In this document: positions 39,986 through 57,017 of the stretch, piece after piece
How positions within the stretch are numbered: the first letter of the stretch is position 1
Layout of the letters: each line of letters opens with the position of its first letter
Assembly (NCBI GenBank): GCA_964016885.1
Contig: OZ024741.1
Location: 400,582,001 to 400,646,000 of the forward strand
Length of the DNA: 64,000 bases
From: Eledone cirrhosa
Lineage: Eukaryota
Direction of reading: 5' to 3'
Made by a program: the position numbers and the translations under genes
The notes under the pieces: generated by a model
Database searches by the model: none
What the model saw: the letters and a program-made list of their open reading frames with translations, nothing else
Told to the model about the DNA's origin: nothing

Positions 39986-40234
39986 AAAAAAATTTCACAC
40001 TCGCTCTTTCACTCACTCTTTGTCTATACGTTGCTCTTTCACTCTCTCTTTGTCTATACGTTGATTTCTCTTTCTCCGTTTATAACTTTAGAGACAGTCT
40101 AATATAGGGAGTGGTTCAAAGCAGCCAGACTACTCGCTCTTTCACTCTCTGTTTGAATATACGTTGATTTCTCTTTCTCCGTTTATATCTTTGGACAAAC
40201 AAACAAACATACATTCATTTTTATATATATAGAT

Positions 40235-43003
40235 ATCATCATCATCATCATCATCATCACCGTTTTACGTCCGTTCTTCCACGCTAGCATGGGTTAGACG
40301 GGTTGTCCTGTTGTGGGCAGTGTCTGGTCGGCTGACCATGCCTTGCTCATACAGGAACTGATCTGGCTTGATTTCTACAGCTGGATGCCCTTCCTAACAC
40401 CAACCTCATTTACAGTGAGTGCTGGGTGCTTTTTCGTGGCGCCTACACGTCCACTTTACAGTGTGGGCTGGGTGCTTTTTTGCCGTGGCACCTCCACGAC
40501 CACCTTGCGGTGGGGGGGGGGGGGGCATATTGTTTATATGCTTCAGCATGTACCCATGGGAGGTCGGGTACCCTGTATTACTGCGTGACGCCAGAAGTCA
40601 CGGTCGTGTGTCATTGACTTTGAGAGGTGTAGTTGGGTAAGGTCGGCTTTTATCACCTCATCCCAAGTCATCTTGGGTCTCCCCACTCCGCGGTTTCCAT
40701 CAACTTCTAGTGCTCTGCACCTTTTTATGCAGCTGTCATCCTTCATACGCATCACATGTCCATACCAGCGTAACCGCCTCTCCTGCACGCAGCATTTGAT
40801 TCCTCTTATGCTCAGTCTCTCTCTCAATTCATTTATGCTTTGTCGTTCACGTATATTACTGTTACACATCCATCGGAGCATGCAGGCTTCGTTTCTCTCT
40901 AATCTACGTAAGTCTTCCACCTTCAGCGCCCAGGTCTCACTACCATGCAACATCGCTGTTCGGATACACGCATCATACAGTCTGCCTTTCATTCTGAGGG
41001 AGAAGCCTTTTGCAGCTAGCAGTGGTAGTAGTTCCCTAAACTTCTTCCATCCCGTTCTTACCCTAGTTATTGTACTTTCTGAGCACCCACCTCCGTTGCT
41101 AATTCGGTCACCTAGGTAGCAGAAGCTGTCTACTGTTTCTACAGGGCCCTCCCAGAGATTGGTGGTACTTGTTTCCTTTGGCTGTTTGCTTGCTGTTTCA
41201 GCACAGCTGCTGCATGTGAATCCTACATTCTTAATTAAGCTCCCTGAGATCCCGCTACATCTCTTGTGTACCCATTGTTTGCATTTGGGGAAAAGAATGG
41301 AGTTCCTACCTACACCTTTCCTACATACTGAGCAAGGTCATTTCCCTGAGGGGATCTGGGTTCTGTTTTCTCGTCTACTTATAAGGACCTTAGTCTTTGT
41401 CATGTTGACTTTGAGGCCCTTTCTCTCTAGTCCCTGCTTCCAGGTTTGGAATTTATTCTCTAGTTCTACCATAGATTCAGCTATGAGTGCGAGGTCATCA
41501 GCATACAGGAGTTCCCATGGGCATCCGGTCTTAAACTCCTCCGTTATTGCCTGCAGGACTATGATGAACAGGAGAGGGCTAAGAACAGAGCCCTGGTGGA
41601 CCCCAACCTGTACGCTAAATTCCTCGCTATACTCATTGCCAATCCTAACTTTGCTGACTGCTCCCCTATACATGGCTTGTACCGCTTTCACAAGCCATTC
41701 ATCTACTCCTAGTTTTCTAAGAGCCCACCAGATTACTGCACGTGGAACTCTGTCAAAGGCTTTCTCAAGGTCGACAAATGCCAAGTAGAGTGGCTTACTT
41801 TTAGCTAGGTACTTTTCCTGTAATTGCCTCACAAGGAAGAGCGCATCAGTGGTGCCTTTCCCTGGTACAAACCCAAATTGCATCTCGTCTATATTCACCC
41901 GGTCCCTAATCAGCTGTGCTATAACTCTTTCTGTTACTTTCATGACCTGGTCCATCAACTTTATACCTCTATAGTTTCCTCTATCTAGTGCATCGCCTTT
42001 ACCTTTGTAGCAGTTGACAATGATGCTACTGCACCAATCTTTTGGTATGGCCCCCTCTAGTATTACCTGGTTAACGATACGTGTGGTTATAGTGTGACCT
42101 ACAGACCCAGATGCCTTCAGCATCTCGGCAGCTATACCCGATGGACCGGTTGCCTTCCCTATCTTCATATCTCTGATTGCCTTACTTACTACGCTGCCGC
42201 TGACTTGTACTGCTGGTCCCTCTATAGGGTCTACGTGGGGTAGGGTCTCTTCTTCCCATGCATTCTCCTCATTTAGTAATCTATCATAATGACTCTTCCA
42301 TGCATCTTTCTTCTCAGCACTTGTGAGGGCAAGCTCACCTTTATCATTCCGGATACACTTCTCTCCAATGACATCACAACTATCTCTGACACACTGCCTC
42401 GCAATCTTGAATACCTCCTGTTTCTGGTCCTCACGTTGTAAAACATGCTTGAATTTTCTATCCTCTGCTTCCCTCCTAGCTAAGTATACTTGTCGCCTAG
42501 CTTCCCTCTTGGTCTCTATGTAATGTACCCTGCTCCCCCCGTTCTTCCATTCTTTCCATGCCTGTCTCTTGGCCTTGACTGCTTCATCTACCTTATTGTT
42601 CCACCACCAAGTCACTCTCCTCCTGCTTGAGGTCTTACTCCAGCCACAAACCTCATCCGTCGCCTCTAGTAAGTTATTTTTTAGGAACTCCCAGTTCTCT
42701 TCTACGTTAAATGTCTCTATCTGTTCTTCTTTACTGTCGTAGGCGTTGAGTAAAATATCTTTAAATCTGTTACTGGTTGAGGGGACTTTCAGCTTCCAGA
42801 TCTTTCTTCTCCAGGTTGGCCTCTGTTTCAGGGCTCGTCTAGTTCTGACCGTGAGGTCGCTGACAACTAAGCTATGTTGGGATGTACATTCCTCACTAGG
42901 GAAGGCTTTTGTGTTTACGACCGTCCATCTGTCACGTCCTCTGATGAGGATAAAATCTAACTGACTAGAGTGCTCCCCTGATCTATAGGTGATCAGGTGG
43001 TTG
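40235..43003 (-). mobile_element. 5'-truncated RTE-clade LINE with (GAT)n tail; ORF disrupted
   Basis: End of APE (ITYRSGEHSSQLDFIL), RT NYRGIKL, FVDLEKAFDRV, HQGSVLSP, YADD; premature TGA at 41338-41340 before the Cys-rich PCSVCRKGVG..C..WVHKRC segment; C-terminal LRWYGHVMRM, GRPKMTW; (ATC)n at 40235-40260. Confidence 0.92.
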
Positions 43004-43257
43004 TATATATAATGTGTACATGAGGTATTAAAATGGAAATATTGTAGGTATACTTACATTATCGTTGTATGTATATGCCCGTGAAAGCAATAATTAAAAG
43101 TTTAGTGAGTCAACTTGTGAGTGAAAGGAAGTATTAGTGAGAGGTATGCTAGACAGGATTTCTTAAAGCAGGTGTGGGCTGTGACGTCACTGAATATTTA
43201 TTATTTCACACACGTAGTATACTGAAAAAGTGAGACACACATACATACGTACTTGGG

Positions 43258-43313
43258 TCATATATATATACATATATATATAATCATATGTACATATATA
43301 CATGTGTATACAC

Positions 43314-43396
<83 letters not shown>

Positions 43397-43692
43397 ATAT
43401 ATACATATACACACACACATATATATATATATACATATGTATACACACACACATATATGTATATATGTACATATATAAATATATACACATATATACGTAT
43501 ATATATATGTACATATATTTATGTATATACATATGTATACACAAATATATATATATATATATATGTACATATATATATTTATGTATATACATATGTATAC
43601 ACATAAATATATATATCTATATATCTACCTATATACATATATATATAAATATACACACACATACATATAAATATAAATATATGTATATATAA
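43258..43692. repeat. (TA)n/(TACA)n microsatellite mosaic
   Basis: Direct inspection. Confidence 0.9.
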
Positions 43693-43898
43693 TAAACATG
43701 TTTTAACGGTCTATTCTCCGATTTCTTACTTTCCCACGTGCTTACGCTCTGCTAACTCTCTAGCCCACTAAATATTAACACTTCGAATATTTAATACTGC
43801 AGGCACTAGTATCGAGCACCTTTGGCATACGCTACTTGGCAAATAACTATATGTATCACCTATCCCCCCTTTTTATTCTCTCTCTCGATACGTAAATA

Positions 43899-43956
<58 letters not shown>

Positions 43957-44039
43957 CGAAGGAAATGTGGTAAGGAACCAGGTGAACCAGAATTGGCCGT
44001 CGAAACGGCTTGAGCTCAGCCGTCGGGGACCTACTCGTT

Positions 44040-44109
<70 letters not shown>

Positions 44110-44437
44110 GAGGTGGTGTTTGCGTCTACGTTTATGTTATGGCAATTGACGTCTTAATTACACACCCATACACACATACATATATATATACATAATTGTA
44201 AATAGTTACCTATTGAGGTGAGAGGGTGGTGGGGAAGTGTTTGGCTATGTAAGAGAGAGAAGTAAACATTTTTCCGTGTCTGCTCATTCTAAGTGTTGTC
44301 GTATTAATATCTGTTTCTCCTGGTCATATATATACCACTTGTCGCAATACCTCGTTCAAACTTCACTGCACATTTAAATTGGCTGTAAGTATCTTGACAT
44401 TTTCATTCATTCACACTTCACACAAGTACATAGAGTC

Positions 44438-44485
<48 letters not shown>

Positions 44486-44556
44486 ACAAATATATTTATA
44501 TATATCTATATCTATCTATATATATATATCGATACATATCTATCGATCTATCTATA

Positions 44557-44644
<88 letters not shown>

Positions 44645-44645
<1 letters not shown>

Positions 44646-47400
44646 TTATACTTTGGGAGGGTCATGTTGCCAATAAGAAACACACGCACCAGTTGCTTTC
44701 ACTTCAATTTATTATTATAATAAATTTATAATAAATTTATAAATTTCTGGTTGGTTGGCTGGTTCCACAACCAGATAGTTGTTTATATATTGTCATAGTT
44801 CTTTCGTCACACACTCTGTGACCTCTTCAGTGACTGGGGATTCCTTTCTTTGTTTCTGTGCCTCTCCTTTGTTCTGTCTTACGCCATTTTGTTTCCGTGT
44901 GTGTGTTGTGTGCTCAGTCTGCGCATGCGCCACATCCGGGTGTCTGTGTGTGTTTATGTTCATTTATTTATTTGTTTATTTACATGTTACTGGTTGGTTG
45001 TTTGTTCTATGTGTGTGTGTGTTTTCATTTTGTCCTTAATTGTAAGTTGTGATGTTGCTGTTCCACTCATATTTTCTATTTAATTTTGGTTGTAATTCTT
45101 TTATGTTTATTGCCTCTGTAATTTGTCTAAACATTGCGTCTTTTCTGTGTGTAGATTCTATTTTTATTTCTATGTTCTCTAATTTACCCTTGTGTTCTAT
45201 TTTAGCATGTTGGTAGAGTACAGATGATTCTTTACTATCTTGAAGGTCTCGCCAGTGTTCATTTATCCGTTCCCCTACACTACGAGCTGTCTCACCTATG
45301 TACACTATATTTTTGTCTCTACATTGTCCTTCAGTACATCTTATGCTATACACTACATTTCTAGTTTTACAGTTAATATGGGGGCTTATTTTACAGGTTA
45401 TACATTTCTTATCTATACATGAGGGTCTTTGAAAAGGGTATGTCTTGCTAATAAGTATTTTTACGGAGGTACCTGGTCTTTCTACTATCTTAATATGAAG
45501 TTTATGTTTATTTAGGGCCCTTCTAAATTTGTAAGCTAATTCACCTCTAGGGGTTGTATCGATGAACATTACACTCTGGTATTTATTGCTATCATACCAT
45601 GAGTTTATTCTATTAGCCTTGTTCCTAGTTTTTTCTATTCTATTCCAAAATTTGCTCCAATACAAGGGGCAGGTCCCATTTGTATCATTATTTACCATTT
45701 TTCCCCATTTGTTTCTGGCTCCTCTATATACTCTGATTTTAGCTCTCTGATTGTAACCAGAGAACTGCATACGGTGGATGAAGTGTTGTATGTGTCTCAC
45801 TAGTTCTTCGGGGCTGCACATGCGGGACACATTTCTCATCACCCGTACCAAATCCGCAATCAGTATGTTGATTTTGGTATGGTCCGAAACGGCCGAGTTT
45901 CGGTGGATCAGATGTTTGGAAGTCATGGGTTTCGCATAATGGGAATGGAGGATTTGTTTTTTGTTATTAATGGTATCTAACCAGAGCTCTGTGTCTAGTA
46001 CAGGTAATCGATGGTTGGGGTGTTTACTTGGGTAGTCTATAGTAACTCTAATGCTCTGGTGGATGGAGTTAGCTATTTGCTGGATGCTTTCCATTGTGTT
46101 TTTCTCTAGTTCCTGACTGTTCTCTAGTGGGGGTGTCTTAACTACGATGTTTATATCCTCTTGGGCATATGTTTTTCCATTAAATTTGAACATATGTTCC
46201 TTAAGGGTTAGTTTTATGCTAGCCCCTACCTCATGTGCAATCATTTTCTTCAGTTCATCGTGGTTTTCGGGTGTCCGTATGGCTCTGATCCACCCGTTCC
46301 ATCTATCTGTGTGGATTTTCTTGGCCATTGAGGTAATGGTAGGTGGTCTGCCTCTTGCTGGTCTTGTAGGGCACAGGTTGCTAAGGTCATATGTGTCTAG
46401 GTAATTATTACTATAGGTAAGTTTAAGTAGGAGTCCCAGCTCACTGGTATCAATCCCACGGAACTCAACATTGCTCTCACTGATCATTTCTACGCATTTC
46501 TCCGCAGCAAAATCCACGTCAATAGATGGATACAGGGACACAACATCCATTATACCTATTATGCAGTTTGTTAGGTCCCTAGATCGGTTACCCACGCCGA
46601 TTCTGCTGAGGAGGTCCTCCGTGCAGTCACATACATCTGGGGACATTTCGATGATGGGGCGTATGATCAGGGAGAGGAAGTAAGACAGTCTGTAGTTACT
46701 AGCAATGTTAGCTCCACAGACTGGCCGTGTTGGGGGTCCCGCGACAGGGTCACAGCCCGTTTTATGGTCTTTTCGAAGCCCATACAACGCCGGCACGTCA
46801 TTGTTCCAGGCTTGGAAGTTGTTGGCAGTCCTTTTGTTGGGCTGCATTATATTCGTCCACATCACCATATGGGCATTGAGGGCTTTTTCTCTATCCTCAT
46901 GCTCCTGTGGTGTTACCTCTCTTGTGTTAGTGATGTGGGGTTGCATTGCCTGGATGTAGTTTGGCAGGCTGTCAACCGACATTCTGCCAGACTTGTCTGT
47001 TGGAAAGCATGCTATCTCTCCATTACGCGAGCGCTGCATGAGCTTACGCAAGCCATTTGCAGATTTTTCTCCCAGTTGCTGGGCCTCCATTCTATTATGC
47101 TTCTTGCTATACTGTTCTATAATATTTCTAAGTTCGGATCTAGCTATACTAAATTGTGCTTCTGTTTGTTCATCGACCTGCGACGGCAATTGCGTACGTT
47201 TGTTAAATGGTAAAGTCGTGGCGTGGACTCGTCGCAGGTCGAACGATTTATCGGAGGGATTATAAAAACTAGAGTTCCAGGCTGCTGCTTTATGTGTACT
47301 AGTGCTATTGTTATATAAATAATCAAAAGTGTTCCTTACATTGCTCGGAAAGAGTTTTGGGGGTTAAATCCACGTCAAGGTTCATTGCTCGCAAAAATAG
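44645..47400 (-). mobile_element. Penelope-like element family A1 (Naiad-like, tentative), longest copy, with an in-frame deletion in RT
   Basis: ORF 45036-47189: TDKSG, LYGLRKDHK, PPTRPVCGA, MDVVSLYPSI, LPVLD, GIY-YIG; frame stays open upstream (FDLRRVHATTLPFNKR); pLTR ends in (TA)n at 44645; 5' limit approximate. Confidence 0.92.
44792..44834 (-). ncRNA. Minimal type I hammerhead ribozyme in PLE pLTR
   Basis: Identical to 35623-35665. Confidence 0.85.
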
Positions 47401-47699
47401 CTTGTTTTCATTTTGCAGCAGGTCAAGGAAGGTAACTCTGGCTGGTGTTAGGGCAGTCTTTCCCGAACAAATTTGTTTTATCCGCTACGAGATGAGGTTA
47501 CAACCTTACCATTGTCGATACGCATGTAATCAACGCTTATTTTGCGAGTTTTTTTGCCGCATCTGTTTGTCTGAGTCATTTTAGGCTGGGTCTGGTATGC
47601 AAGGATAGTTTCCTGGGTGTTATTTTGCAGCGCCTGTCCGCCGGGTGTTAAGACTTGTTACAGGGAGATCCGGTGCACGGTTTCACTCCTCATCCTTAA

Positions 47700-47900
47700 C
47701 CCATTTGAAGAAGGATATTTTTAAGCGATGCGCACAACTTATCGCTGTTTCAGCTCTGCTGTTGATGAGCTCGTGGGGTGCAGTATTGATGTGGTAGAGC
47801 TCCATGAGGCAAAGATCGCATTTCCTCTTGAAGTTGTACGGTGCAGCCCTGCCGACAATATCCCAGTGCGTGGAGAAGCTGATGTTTTAGTCCTTGGAAT
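47700..47900 (-). pseudogene. C-terminal GIY-YIG fragment of a second PLE lineage (not in the ORF track)
   Basis: Manual translation FSTHWDIVGRAAPYNFKRKCDLCLMELYHINTAPHELINSRAETAISCAHRLK matches the motif pattern of ORF 57252-57605. Confidence 0.7.
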
Positions 47901-48309
47901 GATATTCCAACCGTGACCATCTCCACTGAAAGTTTTCATGAAATAGTCTTTTAAGACTATACAGAGCATTTGATGTTATTCCAAATTGAAGGATAAGTGT
48001 TTCAAACTTTGTTTTATCATGAGTTAAAGGTCTATAGATTTTTCCATGGATTTTACTAAATTCTGTGGATGAATCTGTATCCTGATTCTCTTTTGAGATG
48101 AGTTTGAGTTATTTTTCCTAAATCTTTCGTTAACTACTTTTCCCATCTTGACGTTATAGTCGCATATATGTTATAGAATGCCGTTAGTTTTTGCTAAAAC
48201 AATCTCTATACGTCTCATTTATATTTATACTCGGATTCTTTTCCTAGAGTGCTTAAACTATCTGTGACTAATCCCGGTTTTTTTTCATAAAAACTGTGAT
48301 AATTATTGC

Positions 48310-49346
<1,037 letters not shown>

Positions 49347-49443
49347 TTGAGGTTGGTAATGGCACATGGAATATATAAGAGACAGAATACTTTTTTGTGA
49401 AAAAACATAATTTTATAAGGTAAGGAAATAATAAAGGGTATAA

Positions 49444-49491
49444 AAAATGACCGGTTTCGATGGGTCTGCAAAAGCCATCTTTTCAAATGTT
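49444..49491 (-). ncRNA. Hammerhead motif, U3-A8 variant (left-arm copy)
   Basis: Reverse complement of 52296-52343. Confidence 0.65.
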
Positions 49492-49947
49492 GATTAATAT
49501 TAAGAAAAATTAATAATACGAAGAGTTAAAATTTGAGACTTGAAAATTCAAGTATAAAATTCATTGTGGGATTTCATAGCAGTTTTCATCTAGGTAGCAA
49601 CAACAGGTTGACTGCTGTGTCCCTTTCTGGTAGTGAATGAGAAGTTATTTGGGGTGTGGGTTATTTTATAAAGGTCAGATTTAGCAATCACCAACTGGCC
49701 AGCTGCTGGTCAGTGAGGGGGTGGAAGCAATATACATACACATATCTTCCTGTGGTGGGTAGGAGAGTGGAGCGTGATAGAAAGAGATTTAGTGCACTTA
49801 CACCTATATATACACACATACCTTCATCCACACATACATACATACACATATACATATATATATATATATATATATACATATACACACATACATACACACA
49901 CACATACATATACATACACACATACACACACACACATATATACACAT

Positions 49948-50000
<53 letters not shown>

Positions 50001-50065
50001 TATATATACATACACATACATCCAGATACACACATACATACACACATATATATATATATATACAC

Positions 50066-50097
<32 letters not shown>

Positions 50098-50627
50098 CCC
50101 CACACATACATACACACATACACACATATATATATACATACACACATACAAACATACACACACACACACATATATATACACACATACACACACATATATA
50201 TATACACACACACACGCACACACAATACATACATCCACATGCACACACATACACACACACACACATATACACATACATACACCCACACACAGAGAAATGG
50301 CCTTCAAATATATATATATATATATATACATACAGACACATATATTTTTTCCATAATATAAGAAGTTGGGGCAGTGAAATTACAATACAAGTCATTCTGA
50401 TCACATTGAGTTCTTCATGTAGATTGGGCCCCGCAACCGACAGTGGTGAATTCTGTGTGCGCATATATATATAGATATATGTGTGTGCACGTGCAGGGTT
50501 TAACATGGATGTGTTGGTCACACAAAGGCATGGTCTGTCAATGAATAAACCTGATTCTACAGAATTGGTCTCTGGTCTTTAATAGTAGTGATTCCGTGCG
50601 TATGTGTGTTTATATTTTATGACAATT

Positions 50628-50727
50628 CTATTGGGGTGATAACCCGTTTAGTTTTGGTTTAAATTTGTTAAGGAATAGATTTTCTTTGTTTATTCTTTGT
50701 TGCTGTGTGAACGAATCTGAGCACTTG
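50628..50727 (-). pseudogene. Extreme C-terminus of a PLE GIY-YIG ORF
   Basis: [28 protein letters not shown] resembles the end of the 63223 ORF (YKFKDNATHTQRIRKESHFINKYGPRLN). Confidence 0.6.
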
Positions 50728-51034
50728 TATGTATATATATATATATATATATATATTTGAAGGCCATTTCTCTGTGTGTGGGTGTATGTATGTGTATATG
50801 TGTGTGTGTGTGTATGTGTGTGCATGTGGATGTATGTATTGTGTGTGCGTGTGTGTGTGTGTGTGTGTATGTATGTGGGTATCTGGATGTATGCGTATGT
50901 GTATATATATATATATATGCGTGTGTGTGTGTATATATATGTGTGTGTATGTGTGTATATATATGTGTGTGTGTGTGTATGTTTGTATGTGTGTATGTAT
51001 ATATATATGTGTGTGTGTGTGTATGTATGTGTGG

Positions 51035-51114
<80 letters not shown>

Positions 51115-51153
51115 ATGTATGTGTGTATCTGGATGTATGTGTATGTATATATA

Positions 51154-51206
<53 letters not shown>

Positions 51207-52295
51207 ATGTGTATATATGTGTGTGTGTATGTGTATATATGTGTGTGTGTGTATGTGTGTATGTATATGTATGTGTGTGTGTATGTATGTGTGTATATGT
51301 ATATACCAGTTGGTGCTACTGGTAACATGTATCCCAGTACAACCTGTCCCATGGTCGGGTCGTTGGCGACTAAACTGGCAACCCCACCAAGGTTTCTTGG
51401 TGAGGAGGGTGACTTTGGACATCCTGCAGGACTAAAAACAAAACCTGTCAAAGGGCAAAGGAGCTCTTAAGAGTCAATGGCCATCCAAAATCACCGGGAG
51501 AGATGACCCCTTAGCCTTTGTCAAGGCAGAATTCTAGGAGAAGGAAAACTCTGATATAACACCTGCAACCCTGATGGTATCCAATGATGTTGACTTGTTC
51601 TTCTTTTTGGTAAATATCATCTTGGTTAAGAGAGTGGGACTGGCTTTGTGCAGTGCCTTTGCTCACTATAAAAGCTTCACAGCACAGGCATTGCTTTATA
51701 TCTGGAGATCTCTCTGCACTTGTCGTTACATGGTACCATGGGCCCAGCACTATGTGTCAGTAATTGTCACAAGTGTAGTGTTTGTACCAGAGTTTTCAAG
51801 TCGCTGGCTGGACTAAAAAGTCACACTCGTTCAGCGCATCGGTAGGGGTTCTCCTACATGGATATAAAGTAGTGGCCGTACTCGAAAACGAGTTGGCAGC
51901 CACCATATGTATATATATATATATATATATATGTATATGTATATGTATGTATGTGTGGATGAAGGTATGTGTGTATATATAAGTGTAAGTGCACTAAATC
52001 CCTTTCTATCACGCTCCACTCTCCTACCCACCACAGGAAGATATGTGTATGTATATTGCTTCCACCCCCTCACTGACCAGGAAGCTGGCCAGTTGGTGAT
52101 TGCTAAATCTGACCTTTATAAAATAACCCACACCCCAAATAACTTCTCATTCACTACCAGAAAGGGACACAGCAGTCAACCTGTTGTTGCTACCTAGATG
52201 AAAACTGCTATGAAATCCCACAATGAATTTTATACTTGAATTTTCAAGTCTCAAATTTTAACTCTTCGTATTATTAATTTTTCTTAATATTAATC

Positions 52296-52343
52296 AACAT
52301 TTGAAAAGATGGCTTTTGCAGACCCATCGAAACCGGTCATTTT
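52296..52343 (+). ncRNA. Hammerhead motif, U3-A8 variant
   Basis: AACAT-TTGAAAA-GATGG(11 nt)CCATC-GAAA-CCGG-TC-ATTTT; GUC site; stem I weak. Confidence 0.65.
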
Positions 52344-52479
52344 TTATACCCTTTATTATTTCCTTACCTTATAAAATTATGTTTTTTCACAAAAAAGTAT
52401 TCTGTCTCTTATATATTCCATGTGCCATTACCAACCTCAATTTTCTCTATAACCTTCGTTTTGTGTAGAAAATTACACT

Positions 52480-52548
<69 letters not shown>

Positions 52549-52556
52549 TATATGTC

Positions 52557-53005
<449 letters not shown>

Positions 53006-53304
53006 ATCATTGAACCACAATGTTACTAAGACAAAACCTATATATTTGCTAGCATTGATGTGCATCTGTATGTATATAAATGTTACTAGATATAAATTCT
53101 TTATAATTATCTCCAATTCATTTGTCGAGCAATATTGGCCATGACTGCTGCTATAGTAGTAGGCAGGCCGCTGTCTTATTAACAACACGCTTTCAACTGA
53201 TTGACCTCGATGTCACGTGATTGATTCTTTTTGAATTTGCCACAGACGTAGAGGCAGTGATTTTCTCAATGGCTAGGATTTCAGTCCACGCTTCGCTATT
53301 TCCT

Positions 53305-55305
<2,001 letters not shown>

Positions 55306-55349
55306 ATATATATATATATATATATATTCATACATATATATATATATTC

Positions 55350-55380
<31 letters not shown>

Positions 55381-55536
55381 AAAGAATAGAGGTGTAACAC
55401 ACAAGTTATTATATATTGGTAAACGGAATAGAAAATGCTGACAAATTGTTCACAGTTGAAAAATGGTTTAATTAGGAATAAAAGAGTATTAGTGATTGTA
55501 TGGGTTAGTATTCAGTTGTGGTTTTAAGTTTTTAAG

Positions 55537-55576
55537 TTTTTACCGGTTGCGCATTTCTAAATGCTTTTCAAAAATA
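55537..55576 (-). ncRNA. Hammerhead-like motif (U3-A8 plus GCAA), left-arm copy
   Basis: Reverse complement of 55904-55943. Confidence 0.5.
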
Positions 55577-55903
55577 ATTTTGAGATAGAGTGTCCGTGCT
55601 GTTTGCTCTGATCTGATTAGTTTTGGGAATTCTACCTGTTTTTATGTTAAAAAAATGGCTCCAGCGTTATTTTTGTGTTGCAAAAATGCTTGTGGTCAAA
55701 ACAATTTTGATTGGTCGGTAGAGGTCATGTGAATCAACTTTTTACATTCACATGACCTCTACCGACCAATCAAAATTGTTTTGACCACAAGCATTTTTGC
55801 AACACAAAAATAACGCTGGAGCCATTTTTTTAACATAAAAACAGGTAGAATTCCCAAAACTAATCAGATCAGAGCAAACAGCACGGACACTCTATCTCAA
55901 AAT

Positions 55904-55943
55904 TATTTTTGAAAAGCATTTAGAAATGCGCAACCGGTAAAAA
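55904..55943 (+). ncRNA. Hammerhead-like motif (U3-A8, GCAA instead of GAAA)
   Basis: TATTT-TTGAAAA-GCATTT(AG)AAATGC-GCAA-CCGG-TA-AAAA. Confidence 0.5.
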
Positions 55944-56060
55944 CTTAAAAACTTAAAACCACAACTGAATACTAACCCATACAATCACTAATACTCTTTT
56001 ATTCCTAATTAAACCATTTTTCAACTGTGAACAATTTGTCAGCATTTTCTATTCCGTTTA

Positions 56061-56094
<34 letters not shown>

Positions 56095-56102
56095 TATATA
56101 TA

Positions 56103-56206
<104 letters not shown>

Positions 56207-56951
56207 TATATATATATATATATATATAGTTAGAGAAGCAAAAAGTTGCTTATTGTGATCCAGTTTTTGGTTAAGAAAGCCAGTTTCATGGATGGTTTCA
56301 ACGTACGGTTAGGGGTAACTCCACAAGTTTGTAAGAATTCCGTTCAATCTTGGAGTATAAGTATAAAAGAGAAAACACAGGTAAGCATTAAGAGAAGGAT
56401 TTAATCCAGGTATTTACGACCGTTCCATTGGTAAGTGCAACCTTATATTGCTATACTGCAAATAGCAGCCACTCAATTATAATTGTTGTTCACAGTCCAA
56501 ATTTTCAAAATAGTAAGTTACTCTTGAAATAGTTCTTAATATATAGAGAAAAACATTTATTTGGAATTGTATTTACTAGTATAGAGAGAGAGGAATCAGG
56601 AGGTGAGAGGACAGACGGCATAGTATAGAGAGAGAGGAAGGGGAAGAGGTAGGAAGTAGAATGACAAACTGAGGTGGAGGTAGGGGTAGAGGTGGAAGGA
56701 TTCTTTGGTCAGTTTTGATAACAGACATCATGTCGTGGAGTGTAGTGAGTTAAGGAGAATTAAATAGATAATAGTGGGAGGGATGGATAGAGAGGGAGAG
56801 AGAGAGAGGTGGGAGATATAAAGAGATAAATATATATATATACATATACACACACACATACATACATATACACACATATACACACACATACACACACATA
56901 TATATATATATATATACACATACACACACACACACACATTTACACATATAT

Positions 56952-57017
<66 letters not shown>

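Larger units (their letters stand above)
37701..40233 (-). mobile_element. Internally deleted Helitron with both termini intact
   Basis: 5' A|TCTATATATATAAAAATG at 40233; 3' GC-rich subterminal GAGCGAAGCCGGGTAGCTCCG then CTAG|T at 37701; carries a PIF1-type helicase ORF. Confidence 0.92.
55411..56069. repeat. Near-perfect palindrome (~324-bp arms, 11-nt spacer) derived from a PLE pLTR
   Basis: 55411-55734 is the reverse complement of 55746-56069; homologous to 62158-62460. Confidence 0.95.

Noticed and set aside
43985-44030. GAAAC-GGCT...AGCC-GTC hammerhead 3' half
   Set aside because: No CUGANGA or stem II partner upstream
45036-47189. Selenocysteine recoding as reported for some Naiad PLEs
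   Set aside because: No in-frame TGA in this ORF; linker cysteines are ordinary Cys codons
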